DNA of 56,728 nucleotides, filler included, from Catajapyx aquilonaris (lineage: Eukaryota), in NCBI GenBank assembly GCA_000934665.2. It is 3 parts of 3 records of this genome, joined end to end, with 100 filler letters (N's around TTAATTAATTAA, not from the genome) between each part and the next. Parts side by side here need not be neighbours in the genome. Positions count along the whole stretch, not along the records: positions 18,987 to 37,830 come from JYFJ02006595.1; 2 more parts are not named here. One strand, 5' to 3'. Below the pieces are notes generated by a model. The model saw nothing but the letters and a program-made list of their open reading frames with translations. It was not told the origin of the DNA and made no database searches. Positions within the stretch are counted from its first letter, which is position 1, and every line of letters begins with the position of its first letter. A program made the position numbers and the translations under genes. Below, in pieces: positions 24,389 to 36,200 of this stretch.

Positions 24389-27300
24389 TCACAAAATGGT
24401 GCACCACCACAGGTACTTCTTGGGAGGATCCGGTGAAGACCTGCCGCTTCCAGACGAACCCCTACACTCCTGAAATAACATGATATATTACGCATCTCAT
24501 TGTGAAAACACTCCTTGAGACTTATCACCTTTAAGAACATTGCCACCTGCGTCCTCCCTTTAAGCCTTGCAACGTCCAAAGGCGTCTTTCCTTCCCCATC
24601 CGTGGCCCTCAAGTCAGCTCCTTTGTCCACCAGTAACTTAACCAAATCCAAATGTCCAGCATACGATGCCACATGCAGTGGACTCCGATTCTTCTCTCCA
24701 TTCGCCTGGATGTCAGACCCCTTCTGAATGAGAAGTTCCACCACCGACACATGTCCTTCTTTCGATGCCCTATGGATAGGTTGATCTCCAGCTCTATCCA
24801 CAGCCTCCAAGCTGGCTTCTGCCAGGACCAGTCTGGAGCAGGTGAGGAGATGTCCGTTGGATGATGCTAGATGAAGAGGTGTGATTCCGTCCTCTCTTCT
24901 CTGGTCCACATCAGGCCACTTCTCCTGAATCAGATAGTCCACAACATGGTGTCTTCCTTGCATTGCGGCCAGATGTAGACCGCTCCATCCATCCCGATCC
25001 TTCACTCTGACCAACCGATCAACCCTGCCCTTCACATAAGTCTGGACCACTTCCAGTCTGCCATCTTCACATGCATCCAGAAAGTGCTTCTGGTCAGCCT
25101 GCGATCAGATTTGGGTTGGTGTCTTTTCTAAGCTACTTCACAATCAAGTAAACATACCTTCATCATTCCTCGGTTCAGAAGCTCCTTCACTTGACTTCTC
25201 AAGTTCAGTGATGCAAGACGACTCATAGGGTTGTGAACAATCATATTGGCTATGAGCTTTGCTTCGTCTGGATACAGTCGCTTAAAATCGGCAGGACACT
25301 GACCTTCACTTCGAAGGGACAGGAACACCTGAGTTCGTCTCTCTCTGCTGTCTGGTCCGAAAGGTCGGATCATTTCGAACAGAATCAGACCCAAGGGGAA
25401 GACGTCCGACTTGGGCCCGTACTCCTTTTCTTCCAGTTGCTCAGGTGACATGTACAGTTTCGTACCCACGTTTGTGGTTTGATCATATGAGATGTCCATG
25501 GGCATGCCTTCGCGTCTGGCTACATCCAGAGCGGTGCTCAAGCCGAAGTCACCGATCTTGATCTTGTCCTGAGGGGAGTTAACAACATGATGAATCAGTG
25601 TTGCCATTCTATAAATCATCCTAGCATCAGTACAAATTGTCATGGTTTCCTTCGCCCTGTTACCTCAGGAGACATCGCGAAGAAGATATTGTGAGGCTTC
25701 AGATCACGATGGATGATCCCTCGGGTGTGGATGTAACTGACAGCCGACACTATCTGGTGGAAGTAGGTGAGGGTTACGTGCTTGTCCAGATGTTGTCCTC
25801 TGTCCAGTATATGTCCCAAAGTCTCCTCTCGGCACAACTCCAGCTGCATGTACAACAAGTTGACAGTTGGACCCACCACAGGTAAACGAGCTGTGAAGTA
25901 CTCGGAGGAAATCGCCGTTTCTTCAGCTGTTGGTCTGCTGTCTCTGGTGAGGTATATGGCGTCCCACTCCGTCTGTCTCCAAGCAGACGGATTCTCCTCC
26001 CATGCGCTGTGAAATTATGGACAAAAAAATATTTCGAACGAAAAGTCCATCGGACATTTGGACGAATATGGTTGACCCAACAATACTTGTGGAACTGGAT
26101 GATATTGTCGTGCTGGAGCTTCGCTAGAGCCCGGATTTCCCTCAGGATGATGTCCCTGAATTTCTTGTCTTCGGGTAGAGTTACTCGTTTTAAGGCGTAA
26201 TCGGCCAGGGCCAGCTTGTGTTCCGCCTTCAACACCACTCCGTACGATCCGTACCCCACCAGTGACTCGTGGTTGAACTCTGACACGTACCGGGAGACGT
26301 ACAGGTTATCACTTCCAGCCGGTATTTGACCATCGATCCTGTTCAAATGTTATTGTTAATAAAGCTTGGCAATTTATATCGATCCAAACCACAATCTTGT
26401 ACAACAAAACTGCCCATGTAGTACCATATCCCTCACATATATGGCGCAATACTGCCACTCTCAGGGTCGTGCGACAAAGTGCCACGACCTCTCGGAGTCA
26501 TGCTAACTTTAGTACCCACTGCTAACTTTAGCAGCCACTACTACAGGCGCCACCGCTAACTTTAGTAGCCACTACTAGCCTTAGTAGTGACTGCTAACTT
26601 TAACAGCCACTCCTAGCTTCAGTAGCCATTGCTAACTTTAGTAGCCACTACTAGCCTTAGTAGCGACTGCTAACTTTAACAGCCACTCCTAACTTCAGTA
26701 GTCACTCCTAACTTCAGTAGTCACTTACTAACTTGAACAGCCACTGCTAACTTGAACAGCCACTCCTCGGACGTGGTACTACATGCGCCTGCTGAACATA
26801 TGGCTCAATGGGGACAATCAAAGACACAGACTCGCACTGACCTAACAATTCCATGCGACGTCTCCAGATGCTCCATCAGGAAGCGGTACATCTGCATGTG
26901 GTTCTTCATCAGAGCCAAGCTGGCAGGGGTCTTCCCGGCGTCGTTTTTCGCCTGTGGGTCCGCCTCGTGGTCCAGTAGGAGCCTGGCCAGCTCCAGAAAC
27001 CCGGACAGAGACGCGAAGTGAAGAGGTGTGTCCTGCGTAGTAGTTCGGACGTCCACCTCAGCCCTATGTCCCAGCAGGATCCTGCAGATGTCCACGCTTC
27101 CTGTGCTGGCCGCCTGGTGCAAAGCGGCTTTTCCGTCTGTGTCCTGCGCGTTTATTTCGCACGCGTCGTAACCCAAGAGCAACCGGCACACCTCCAGGTT
27201 TCCAGCTCTAGTCGCCACTATCAGGGGCGTCTCGTTGTGCGAGTTGCGTTTGTTCACGTCCGTCAGCACACGCTGAACATCCTCGCGCGTACCGTTGGCA

Positions 27301-29795
27301 GACACGATGTGCACGTCGTTCCTGGCTCCCGTCAAGAAGATGTTCATCTCCTCGCAGTCATGCTTCACGGACAGATCCAGCGGCGTCTTAGAAGCTGAAT
27401 TCTTCGAGTCCAGGTCCACGCCCCTCTCCAGCAGCATTCTAGCAATAGCGATGTTGCCTGACCTGCCAGTAGACCCATGGAGGAATTAGCATCCATTACT
27501 AACTTGAGTAGCCACTACTAACTTTAGTAGCAACTGCTGATAACTCTCGTAGCATTGCTAACTTTAGCAGCCACCCACTACTAATTCTAGTAACCACTAC
27601 TAACTTGAGTAACCACTAACTTTAACAGTCATTACTAACTTTAGTGGTCACTAATCATTTAATAGCCACTACTAACTCTAGTAGCCACTACTACCTTGAA
27701 CAGCCACTACTAACTCTAGTAGCCACTACTACCTTGAACAGCCACTACTAACTTTAGTAGCAACTGCTGCTAACTCTAGTAACATTGCTAATTTTACAAG
27801 CCACCCACGACTAACTTTAGTAACCACTACTAACTTTAACAGTCAGTACTAACTTTAACAGTCAGTACTAACTTTAACAGTCAGTACTAACTTTAGCAAT
27901 CACTAGTCATTTAATAACCACTACTAACTTGAACAGCCATTACTAACTTTAGTAGCATTGCTAACTTCAGCAGCCACCCACCACTAACTTGAGTAACCAC
28001 TGCTAACTTTAAGTCATTACTAACTTTGGTAATAACTAATCATCTAGTAGCCACTACTAACTTGAACAGCCATTACTAACTTTAGTAGGAACTGCTGCTA
28101 ACTCTAGTAATCACTACTAACTTTAACAGTCATTACTAAAACTTTAGCAGCCACTAATTTAATATCGACCAGTAACTTTAGTAGCTACTTCTAACCTTAT
28201 TAGCTACGATAAATTTTAACAAGGCTAAATTTGATAGTCAAAGTCCAAGTTCGCGTCTAAGGCTTAAGCTAGCATCCAAGGCTAAATTAGCAACTTAGTA
28301 CAACTAATAGTGCAGCTACCCATAAAATTAGCATAAAAGCGAAAATGCGCACCCCGCAAAGCTTAAAGTAGCTACCACTAACTTGAGCAGCTCACGTTAA
28401 AATTAGCAGCTAAGACTAATGTTAGCATCCGCTGATATTTAGCAGATACCACTAACTTGGACAATAAATAACGATTGAATGAACTGACGCTAAAATTACC
28501 AGCTGAGCCTAAAGTTAGCATGCAACGATAAATTTAGCAGCAGCCACTAACTTTAAATTATAGAAGTTAAGACTAAAGTTAGTATCAAAATATGAATTTC
28601 GCATTCAAGAATAAATTTAGCAGCTCCCACTAACTTTACCAGCTACTGCTTAAATTAGCAGCTAACACTAAAGTTAGCATCCTAAGAATGATTTAGCATT
28701 CAACAATAAATTTATTTAACTGCTGCCACTAACTTGAGGAGTTAACACTAAAAATTACTGTATATAACCTTAATTTTTTGGATCATTTTCCTGGGAGTTG
28801 TTTCGAGTCAATCACAGGGGCCTGTATTAAATAAGCGGATAGTAGAACATGGGTAGAATTTTCGTCCCACTGCTATTTACTGCTAAGTTAGCAGTAACTA
28901 GCAGCGGGACGAAAATTCCACTCCCATGACGGTAAAATTAGTAGCCAACAACACCACTCACAGTGACTATTATTTACTGTACGTAAATAGCCTACTTGTC
29001 ACTTATTTTGTGACAATAATGACGTATGTAGAAGCGTTATTAGTAGCAGTTGCTAACATTGACTTAGAGTCTGCTAACCACAGTAATTTAATATAGTGCT
29101 TCTAATAGTAGCCTACTGATGAGCATGATGATGATGGTGACAATTTTGACCATGCCTACTATAGAAGCGTACAACGTATTATTACGTTACAGCTGCTAAC
29201 TTTAGGCGCACCTCCTAACTACCCTAATTCAGTAGCCTACCAGTGCTTCTAACCGTAGCCTAATAACTGATGATGGATAGAAGCGTCATTAGTAGCAGCT
29301 GCTAACTTTAGGTGTCACTGCTAACTATGGTAATTTAGTACTACTTTTTAATTATACCTTCCCTGATGATGATGGATAGAAGGGGTCATTAGTAGCAGCT
29401 GCTAACGTTCTGCTAACTACCATAATTTAGCAGTGCTTCTAACGGTACCTGGCAGCTACATGCAGCACTGTGTTTCCAGTCCTGGTCCGCTTCATAACGT
29501 TTGCCCCTTGGTCCATCAGGAACCTGCAGATCTGGACATGGTGGTTTCCAGCTGCTTCGTGCAGCGCAGTCGTCTCTTCATCATCTGCCAAGTTGACACA
29601 CGCGCCATTTTGCACCAGAAGCTCGCAGACCTGAAGCGAACCCTCTCTGGCAGCCACTATTAGAGGGGTCAAACCTGTCCTGCTCCGACAGTTCACTTTG
29701 AACTCAGGGTTGTCCAACAGACATTGGATGGTAGTCACCGACCTTTTACGGGCCGCCACATGCAACGTGGGCAAACTAACCTCGTCTTCACTCAT
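24389..29795 (-). CDS. Ankyrin repeat / eIF2-alpha kinase domain / ankyrin repeat / CaaX protein, 874 aa; exons 29795-29449, 27462-26842, 26338-26087, 26006-25664, 25568-25158, 25098-24529, 24469-24389
   Basis: All six introns GT-AG with matching phases (2,2,2,0,0,0), total 2625 nt. Kinase motifs GYGSYGVV, YALKRV, REIRALAKLQHDNII, FHNAWEE, LYMQLELC, IHRDLKPHNIFF, KIGDFGL, VGTKLYMSPEQ, SDVFPLGLILFEM. About 10 N-terminal and 6 C-terminal TPLH-type repeats. Ends KKYLWWCTIL*. Confidence 0.85.
26500..26765. repeat. ~19-bp minisatellite (ctaactttagtagccacta-like) in intron 2 of the ANK-kinase gene
   Basis: recurring gctaactttag/actaacttcag/agccact units. Confidence 0.85.
27495..29440. repeat. Long degenerate array of the same minisatellite filling intron 1 of the ANK-kinase gene
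   Basis: regular units 27495-28200, mixed-orientation units (taaagttagca) 28240-28745, degenerate units 29040-29440. Confidence 0.85.
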
Positions 29796-29829
29796 TGCAC
29801 TCCTCTACAGCACTGAACATCGTAGCAGT

Positions 29830-30725
29830 GTACATGGTAGCAACGTACTTAGCAAATATTTGCAGGCCAAAAGGCACCTCTCATCTACTGCTAAGATGTG
29901 CGGATAATGTGAACGACACTTGTGATAATTGCTAGGAAAACAACAAATATGTGTACTGGATATCGGTCAACACTGCAACCGTGATTGATGATTGTTTCAT
30001 GTCCATTTCATGCAGTATATAGTACTTACATAACGGCCGTAGCAGACAAATTATTGTGGTTTTGCCGATATAAAAGCAGTCAAATTCGGGCAATGCACAC
30101 CCACTATCAATGATGCAGACTGTCGACTATACTGTCAGTGTCATCGCAGTCTTCAAATTGTTGTCATTGTTGCTCGGTATGGTTGGACTCTTAACGGTAA
30201 GTATTAATTTATTTAATTTTTAAATTTATCTCATCAGATCCGTTTCATGAGGACATTTGTCAACAGTGTGTTGCATTAACAACTGAGGAGCAATAAAATT
30301 ACGGTACATGGTAGCATCGTACTTAGCAAATATTTGCATGCCAAAAGGCATCTCTTATCTACTGCTAAGATGTGCGGATAATGTGAATGACACTTGTGAT
30401 AATTGCTAGGAAAACAACAAATATGTGTACTGGATATCGGTCAACACTGCAACTATGATTGATCGTTTCATGTCCATTTGATGCCGTACTTACGTAACAG
30501 AGCTGTAGCATACAAATTGTGATTTTGCTGATATAAAAGCACTCAAATTTGGGCAACGCACACACAGTATTAATGATGCAGACTGTGGACTATACCGTCA
30601 GTGTCATCGCAGTCTTCACAATGTTGTCATTGTTGCTCCGTACGCTTGGACTATTAACGGTAAGTATTTAATTTATTTAATTTATCACATCAGATCCGTT
30701 TTATCAGGTCATGACAGTGAACAGT
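29830..30725 (+). repeat. ~474-bp tandem duplication containing TATA box, signal-peptide exon and splice donor of IR3
   Basis: gtacatggtagca.cgtacttagcaaatatttgca at 29830 and 30304; TATAAAAG at ~30069 and ~30532; 87-nt exons 30110-30196 and 30573-30659, both ending acg|gtaagt. Confidence 0.9.
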
Positions 30726-32585
30726 GTACTTACCCAAATTAACTTACAGGTCTGTCGATGTAACGTGCACGTGGCTCCACCCAGTCATGAAGATACGTTG
30801 CTGGCCGATGCGGTACGACACACCTTGCAAGTACATTTCACCGGATGCTCCTTAGCAATTGGGACGGATCAGCGATTGAACCGCGAGTTGCAGGAGATGT
30901 TGATCCGGATCCAACGGCCTGTTGTGATCAGTCGGATGGACTCGTTTAAGTACGACCCATCAGACTATCCGTGGGTATGGAAACCGGAGCATCTGTTGTC
31001 CTTCAGAACACAACCGCCTGAACTCAGATCCAGGTTGTGGCCTGGAGGATCCTGCGCTTTCAACCTGATATTATCCAGAAACATATCCAGTGTACCGGAG
31101 CTGATAATGCACACTGCAGCTCACATCATGCTGAGAAACCTGGATGATCCGGTATGGATCCATGGACATGATCCGCATTTGCTGTTGAACGATCCGGTTC
31201 AAGGAATCAGGCTTAAGCTGCTCTCGATGTTCAATTCAACCGCACGTGATTTGACCATACACAACGTGTGCCACTGTTGCTTATCAGGCCAAAACATGCT
31301 CAATCCGCCACTCAATTTCGGTTCAATCTTGGATCTGAATAATTTATTTCCAGTCCCATCACGCGATATGAACGGTCGCAGATTGACTATGGGGCTCTAT
31401 GAAAATCTATATGTGGATATGGAGGAAGCTAGAGTCCGGTTGATTCTAGGCGACCAGCTTAGTGCGGAGGAGGAAGTACTTCTGTTTTACGAGAAGACAT
31501 TCAACGCAGTGATTGTACCGACAATGCCTGATTTGACATTAACCGAGATGTATCCAAACGGAAGCTTGTCAGGATTCGACAGAGCAATTACCAATAATGA
31601 GATAGACATAATTGGTGTCATGATGTACACGGATATTGCGAATCAAGCAGTGCGGTTAAGCCGACCTGTGTACTTCACATGTCCTGGGTTCGTTACCCGT
31701 GCGCATCGTCCGAATATTAAGTGGTACGTTATGTTCCAGCCGTTCACGACCATAATGTGGGTCGTAATATTCGGTACAATCCTGCTGTCGTCTGTCGTCT
31801 TGCGGATGATTCAAGGAGCGGATGTACTTTCACATATGAAGTCACTGATGCGTAAACTGGTGGAGCAACCGTTGGACATACCACGACACATGGCGTTTCA
31901 TAGCGTCTTTTACATATTCACGTTGGTTGTGATATGTGCGTACAAGACCAAACTTGTATCGCTCATCACATTTCCGCCTCCGGAGAACCTCCCCGAGTGT
32001 GTCTCCGAACTTGTCGATTCCTCGTTAACATGGGGCACTGTCGAGCCTTTCTTACATGCGGCTACTGTCCTTCTGTCCAACATGAACCAACCGGTGTACC
32101 AGCTAGCACTGGACAAAGCGTACTTGATCAGCTCAGTCCGTACTTGCATGGACCGTACGCACCATGACTTCGCTTGCCTTGTGAGTGATTACATGTACGA
32201 TCGAGATAAAGCAAGTTTCCTGGATCAGAAGGGCAATCCGACGACCCTCTTCTGGCCTGAGAGGTCAATGTGCATCTATGCTGGACACGGGTTCAGTCGC
32301 GACCAGATCCATTTCGTGCAGTTCAACCAGGATCTTCAGCGGATGATGGAGAGCTCGGTGTTCGAACATCTGATGGAAAAAGCGGATTACATGAGCTTCA
32401 TACGGCATTACTTTAAGAAGATGCGTGGTACAAGTTACCGGAAGGTCGGACGTCTGTTGAACCTCCAGAAGATGATGTACGTCTTTTACTTCTGGATATT
32501 AGGTCTGGTCGGATCATGCTTCGGATTTGGGTACGAGACGCTACCAATACATACGGAAAGATTCACGAGTCGATTACACAAGTGA
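30573..32585 (+). CDS. Divergent ionotropic receptor IR3; join(30573-30659,30750-32585), alternative first exon 30110-30196
   Basis: Hydrophobic leader exon in phase 0 with acceptor ttacag at 30749; YPNGSLSG, VMFQPFTTIMWVVI, LVVICAYKTKLVSLITFP, C-terminal TM. Confidence 0.88.
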
Positions 32586-33332
32586 TACGATTCAGTACGA
32601 AGCAAAGGTACGCCACACAAGAAATAAAGGATTCGAATAAGCTGCAGTAATACTGATGTATTTTTTTGCCGATACAGAATGGTCGTGGTAAGGCGCTAAG
32701 TCTAGTGCAAAATAAGAAACAATTACAGCTCGTCACATCACTCCCAAAAAGGGACGTACCCTCGCTACACAAAAAAAAAATTCCATGCACAACTAAATAT
32801 CAACCATATTCCCCCATACAAACTAGTCTGCTACTTGACAATGTTACAAGCAATAAGTTATATAATAATAAATTGTAATTATTTTATGCGCTTCGTTTTT
32901 TAAATAAATTGCGGACAACTGTCGAAGCATCCGGTTGTTACTCAGCAACATGATATTTATTTCTCCGTTCGATTCGAGCGTTTATTGAAGTTAATTGTGC
33001 TTTGAGCACATGAAAACGCCTCTTCCCCCAAATATAAATACTCCGCACGTAATCGATATAAAAATACAGATGCCTGGATAACTTCAGTGTCCAATTGTCT
33101 CGAGAGTATAAGCTGCAAATAAATTGTTTACTAATTAGAACTAGCATCGTTGCCGGCAAAAGCCCCTCCCAGAAAAACCATACACCAGACAACTTTTGGG
33201 AATCAAAAACCGCCACAAGTTTTCACTTTTAAAAACCATGTCGTCCTGTCCGTTCACAACTGCAGCATCGTCCCAAAACTACGGACACTTAAAAACAACA
33301 AAGGAAAAAAAAAAAAAGGTTATTGGAAACTT

Positions 33333-35026
33333 TTAATGGGTCTGGCATTGTACGCCTGCTCGGTGTCCGTGATGCGTGTCGTCATCTTCGTCGTACACGT
33401 TCTTGTGCGAGTGAGAATGTTGGTGCTCTTGCGGAGTGTAATCCAACAGCATGCATTCCTCTGCATCGTCCGGAATGATGATCTGAGGCCTGTGAGTGAG
33501 ACGCAGCAATTAACACATTACGAGACAACGTACGTAATGATCATGCAGTCCACATGCTGTGTTAATCGCTACGTCTAGAGATACGTACCTCGGCGGCAGG
33601 CATTCCTCCAGCTGAGGTACCACGTCAGCCGGCATCGTCTCCGGAAAGGTCACGAAGAACTGAATGATCAGCCGTCCCTTCTCGAACGGATTCTTGTAAT
33701 TAGGCATCCCCTCGTTTAGGACGCACTTGACATCGCCATGCTTTACGACTTCCCCTGCGTGAAATAATCTGTTAAAATCCGAGCGGTGCCTGAATGTACA
33801 TGGACGTACCTGGTAGGCATGTTACCACTAGATCGCGGTTATCCAGCGTCTTAATCGTCTTCTGGAAGCCGCAGAGAGCTTCGACCAGTTCTAGGTTCAT
33901 GCGGATCAGAAGGTCGCTATCGGATCGCCTGAAACAACAATCGCAAATGCATTCACTCTATAGGGAGAGGTTCCGACGAACACTCACTTGAACACGGCAT
34001 GCTCCTGTTCATCCAAAATGACGATGACGGCACCCGGCTCCAGGCCTGGTTCTTGATCTCCCTCTCCGCTGAACACTATTTTCTGCCCGTCCCGCATCCC
34101 TTTGTCGATATTCAGCTCCAGGATCTTCCGGCTGTGGACCACCTTAAAAAAATAAATGAGATGTGTATGAGCCGAATAAGGTCGAGTTGCAAACCACTCG
34201 CTAATTATTTACCTTTTGTCCCATGCAGGTCTTGCATCTGTCCTTGGGGTCGATACGTTCACCTTGCCCCTGGCATTCGGGGCACATCGACTGGATCTGC
34301 TGGACCATACCGGGACCCAGGGCTTGTGTACGCACGACGATACCTTGCCCGCGGCACATGTTGCATCGCATGACTGAACCTTCCTTCCCACCGAGTCCTG
34401 TAAGCAGATTGAGACGTCAAGTGTCAGCTTGAAACTTGGCAAAGCAACCATAACGTTCGTTTCGTACTGGTGCAGTCACCCTAAGGCCATACAGATAACA
34501 ACACAAAGCGGCAGCCATTTGTTGGGATGCCAAAAGCACTTGCCTTCACACTTCTCGCAGATGACCTTCTTCTGCAGGGCCAGTCTTCGAACAGCGCCGT
34601 TGTAGAGCTCGTCCAGTGTGACAGACAGTTGGTGGATCACGTCCTTCCCTTTCCTCTCACGCCGGTTGCGACTCCCGCCGAACGCGCCGCCAAAAAACAT
34701 GTCAAAGATGTCCATAGGAGATCCAGTCCCCATGTTAACCCCGCCTTCCTTCAGGGCCTGCTCGCCTCCTTGGTCGTAGATCCGCCGCTTCTCGGGGTTG
34801 GACAGAACCTCGTACGCTTGCGATATCAGCTTGAACTGCAGGGAAAAATACGATCAGAATAAGCTGGAAGAGGCCCAATCCATTTCCAACTTACCTTCTC
34901 GCCTTCATTGGGATTCTTATCCGGGTGGTACTTCAAGGCCAGCTTTCGGTATGCCTTCTTCAGCTCGTCTGTTGCGCACGAGGGTTTCACGCCCAGCATG
35001 TCGTAGTACTTTGTTTCCTTAACCAT
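33333..35026 (-). CDS. DNAJA1: Class A J-domain chaperone (DnaJA1/Droj2-like Hsp40); exons 35026-34895, 34835-34544, 34397-34213, 34142-33988, 33928-33810, 33754-33589, 33489-33333
   Basis: [22 protein letters not shown]-domain, G/F region, CxxCxGxG zinc motifs, [25 protein letters not shown]-terminal CaaX VQCQTH*; intron 2 is GC-AG. Confidence 0.95.
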
Positions 35027-35529
35027 TTTCAAAGCTTCAGATGTCCTTTACCTGAAATTTTTGCAGGAGAAATCATATCAGTACTTGCTCAACCATGCAC
35101 CAAATTGCTCCTGAATTTGTCATGCACAGTACACAGTACGATCGCTGCCGATTGCTCTCACAACACGATGAAAATTTAATTCCCCATCTCTCCAAAACAC
35201 ACATCATCTCGAACATTACCCGCAACGAGAATATATAAAAAAAACGTATGTCAACGGCAAGGCAATGTTGCTATGGAACATTGTTTAAAAATAATTCATA
35301 CAAGTTCATGGCCTTCGGCAAGTATATTTCGCACTTTCATGCACACTTCAATGAAAAAAAAATAAAATCGTAAAACAAAACAAGTAACCTTTCAAAGCAC
35401 ATCGATTGCAACAATTAACTTTGCAATTAACCTGCTTATCACCGAAGCTCCACCAGACCCCCGAAACTATGTAACTATGTTCCCTAATGAGTGGCATTGA
35501 AGCGCACAGATTAATTGTGGAGTACCAAT

Positions 35530-36200
35530 TAATATTCTAATCAATACTAATAATACTAAATACTAATAATACTAAGCACTAATCAATACTAATCACTAAT
35601 CAATACTAATCAACTAATAATACTAAGCACTAATCAATACTAATAATAATATATGGCCTAGCACAGGGTATTTTAAAAAACAATAAAAAGCGAAGTACCA
35701 TGCTAATTAATGTAAATAATACCTAGTACTAATATTGCTAAGAACTAATTTATATAGGCCTACTAATTAATGTGAATAATGTGCTAATTAACGTAAATAT
35801 GTTCTAATTTAAATACTACTCATTAAGGTAATTAATAAAGTGCCAATTTAAATACAGTGCTCATTAGGATAATTAATGAAGTACTAACATAACATATACA
35901 CTAATGAATAAGAATACTAAGTACTAATTTAAATACAGCACTAATTCGTGTGAAGAATAAGTATTAAAGTACACTACAAGTTAATGTGAATAAGTAGTAA
36001 TTTAAATACAATAGGCTTACTAATTGATGTGAATAAGAATTAAAATACAGTACTAGTTAATGTGAATAAGTACTAATTAAAATACAGTACTAATTAATGT
36101 GAATAATAAGTATTAATTAAAATACATCACTATTTCATGTAAATAAAGAAGTACTAATATACAACGGTACTGATTAGTACTAGGCCTATATTAATAAAAA
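35530..36200. repeat. AT-rich degenerate tandem repeats (taatactaa; tactaattaatgtgaataag), probably in the 5'-UTR intron of DnaJA
   Basis: direct reading; minus-strand acceptor tttcag at ~35052-35057 just upstream of the ATG. Confidence 0.7.

Noticed and set aside
26500..28745. Repeat array as CRISPR or telomeric sequence
   Set aside because: Degenerate ~19-bp minisatellite without unique spacers and not TTAGG-based
24389..29795. Calling the ANK-kinase an RNase L, ILK or RIPK4/ANKK1 ortholog, or an endosymbiont-derived ankyrin gene
   Set aside because: No KEN/RNase domain; kinase motifs are eIF2-alpha-kinase type rather than TKL; gene has six spliceosomal introns
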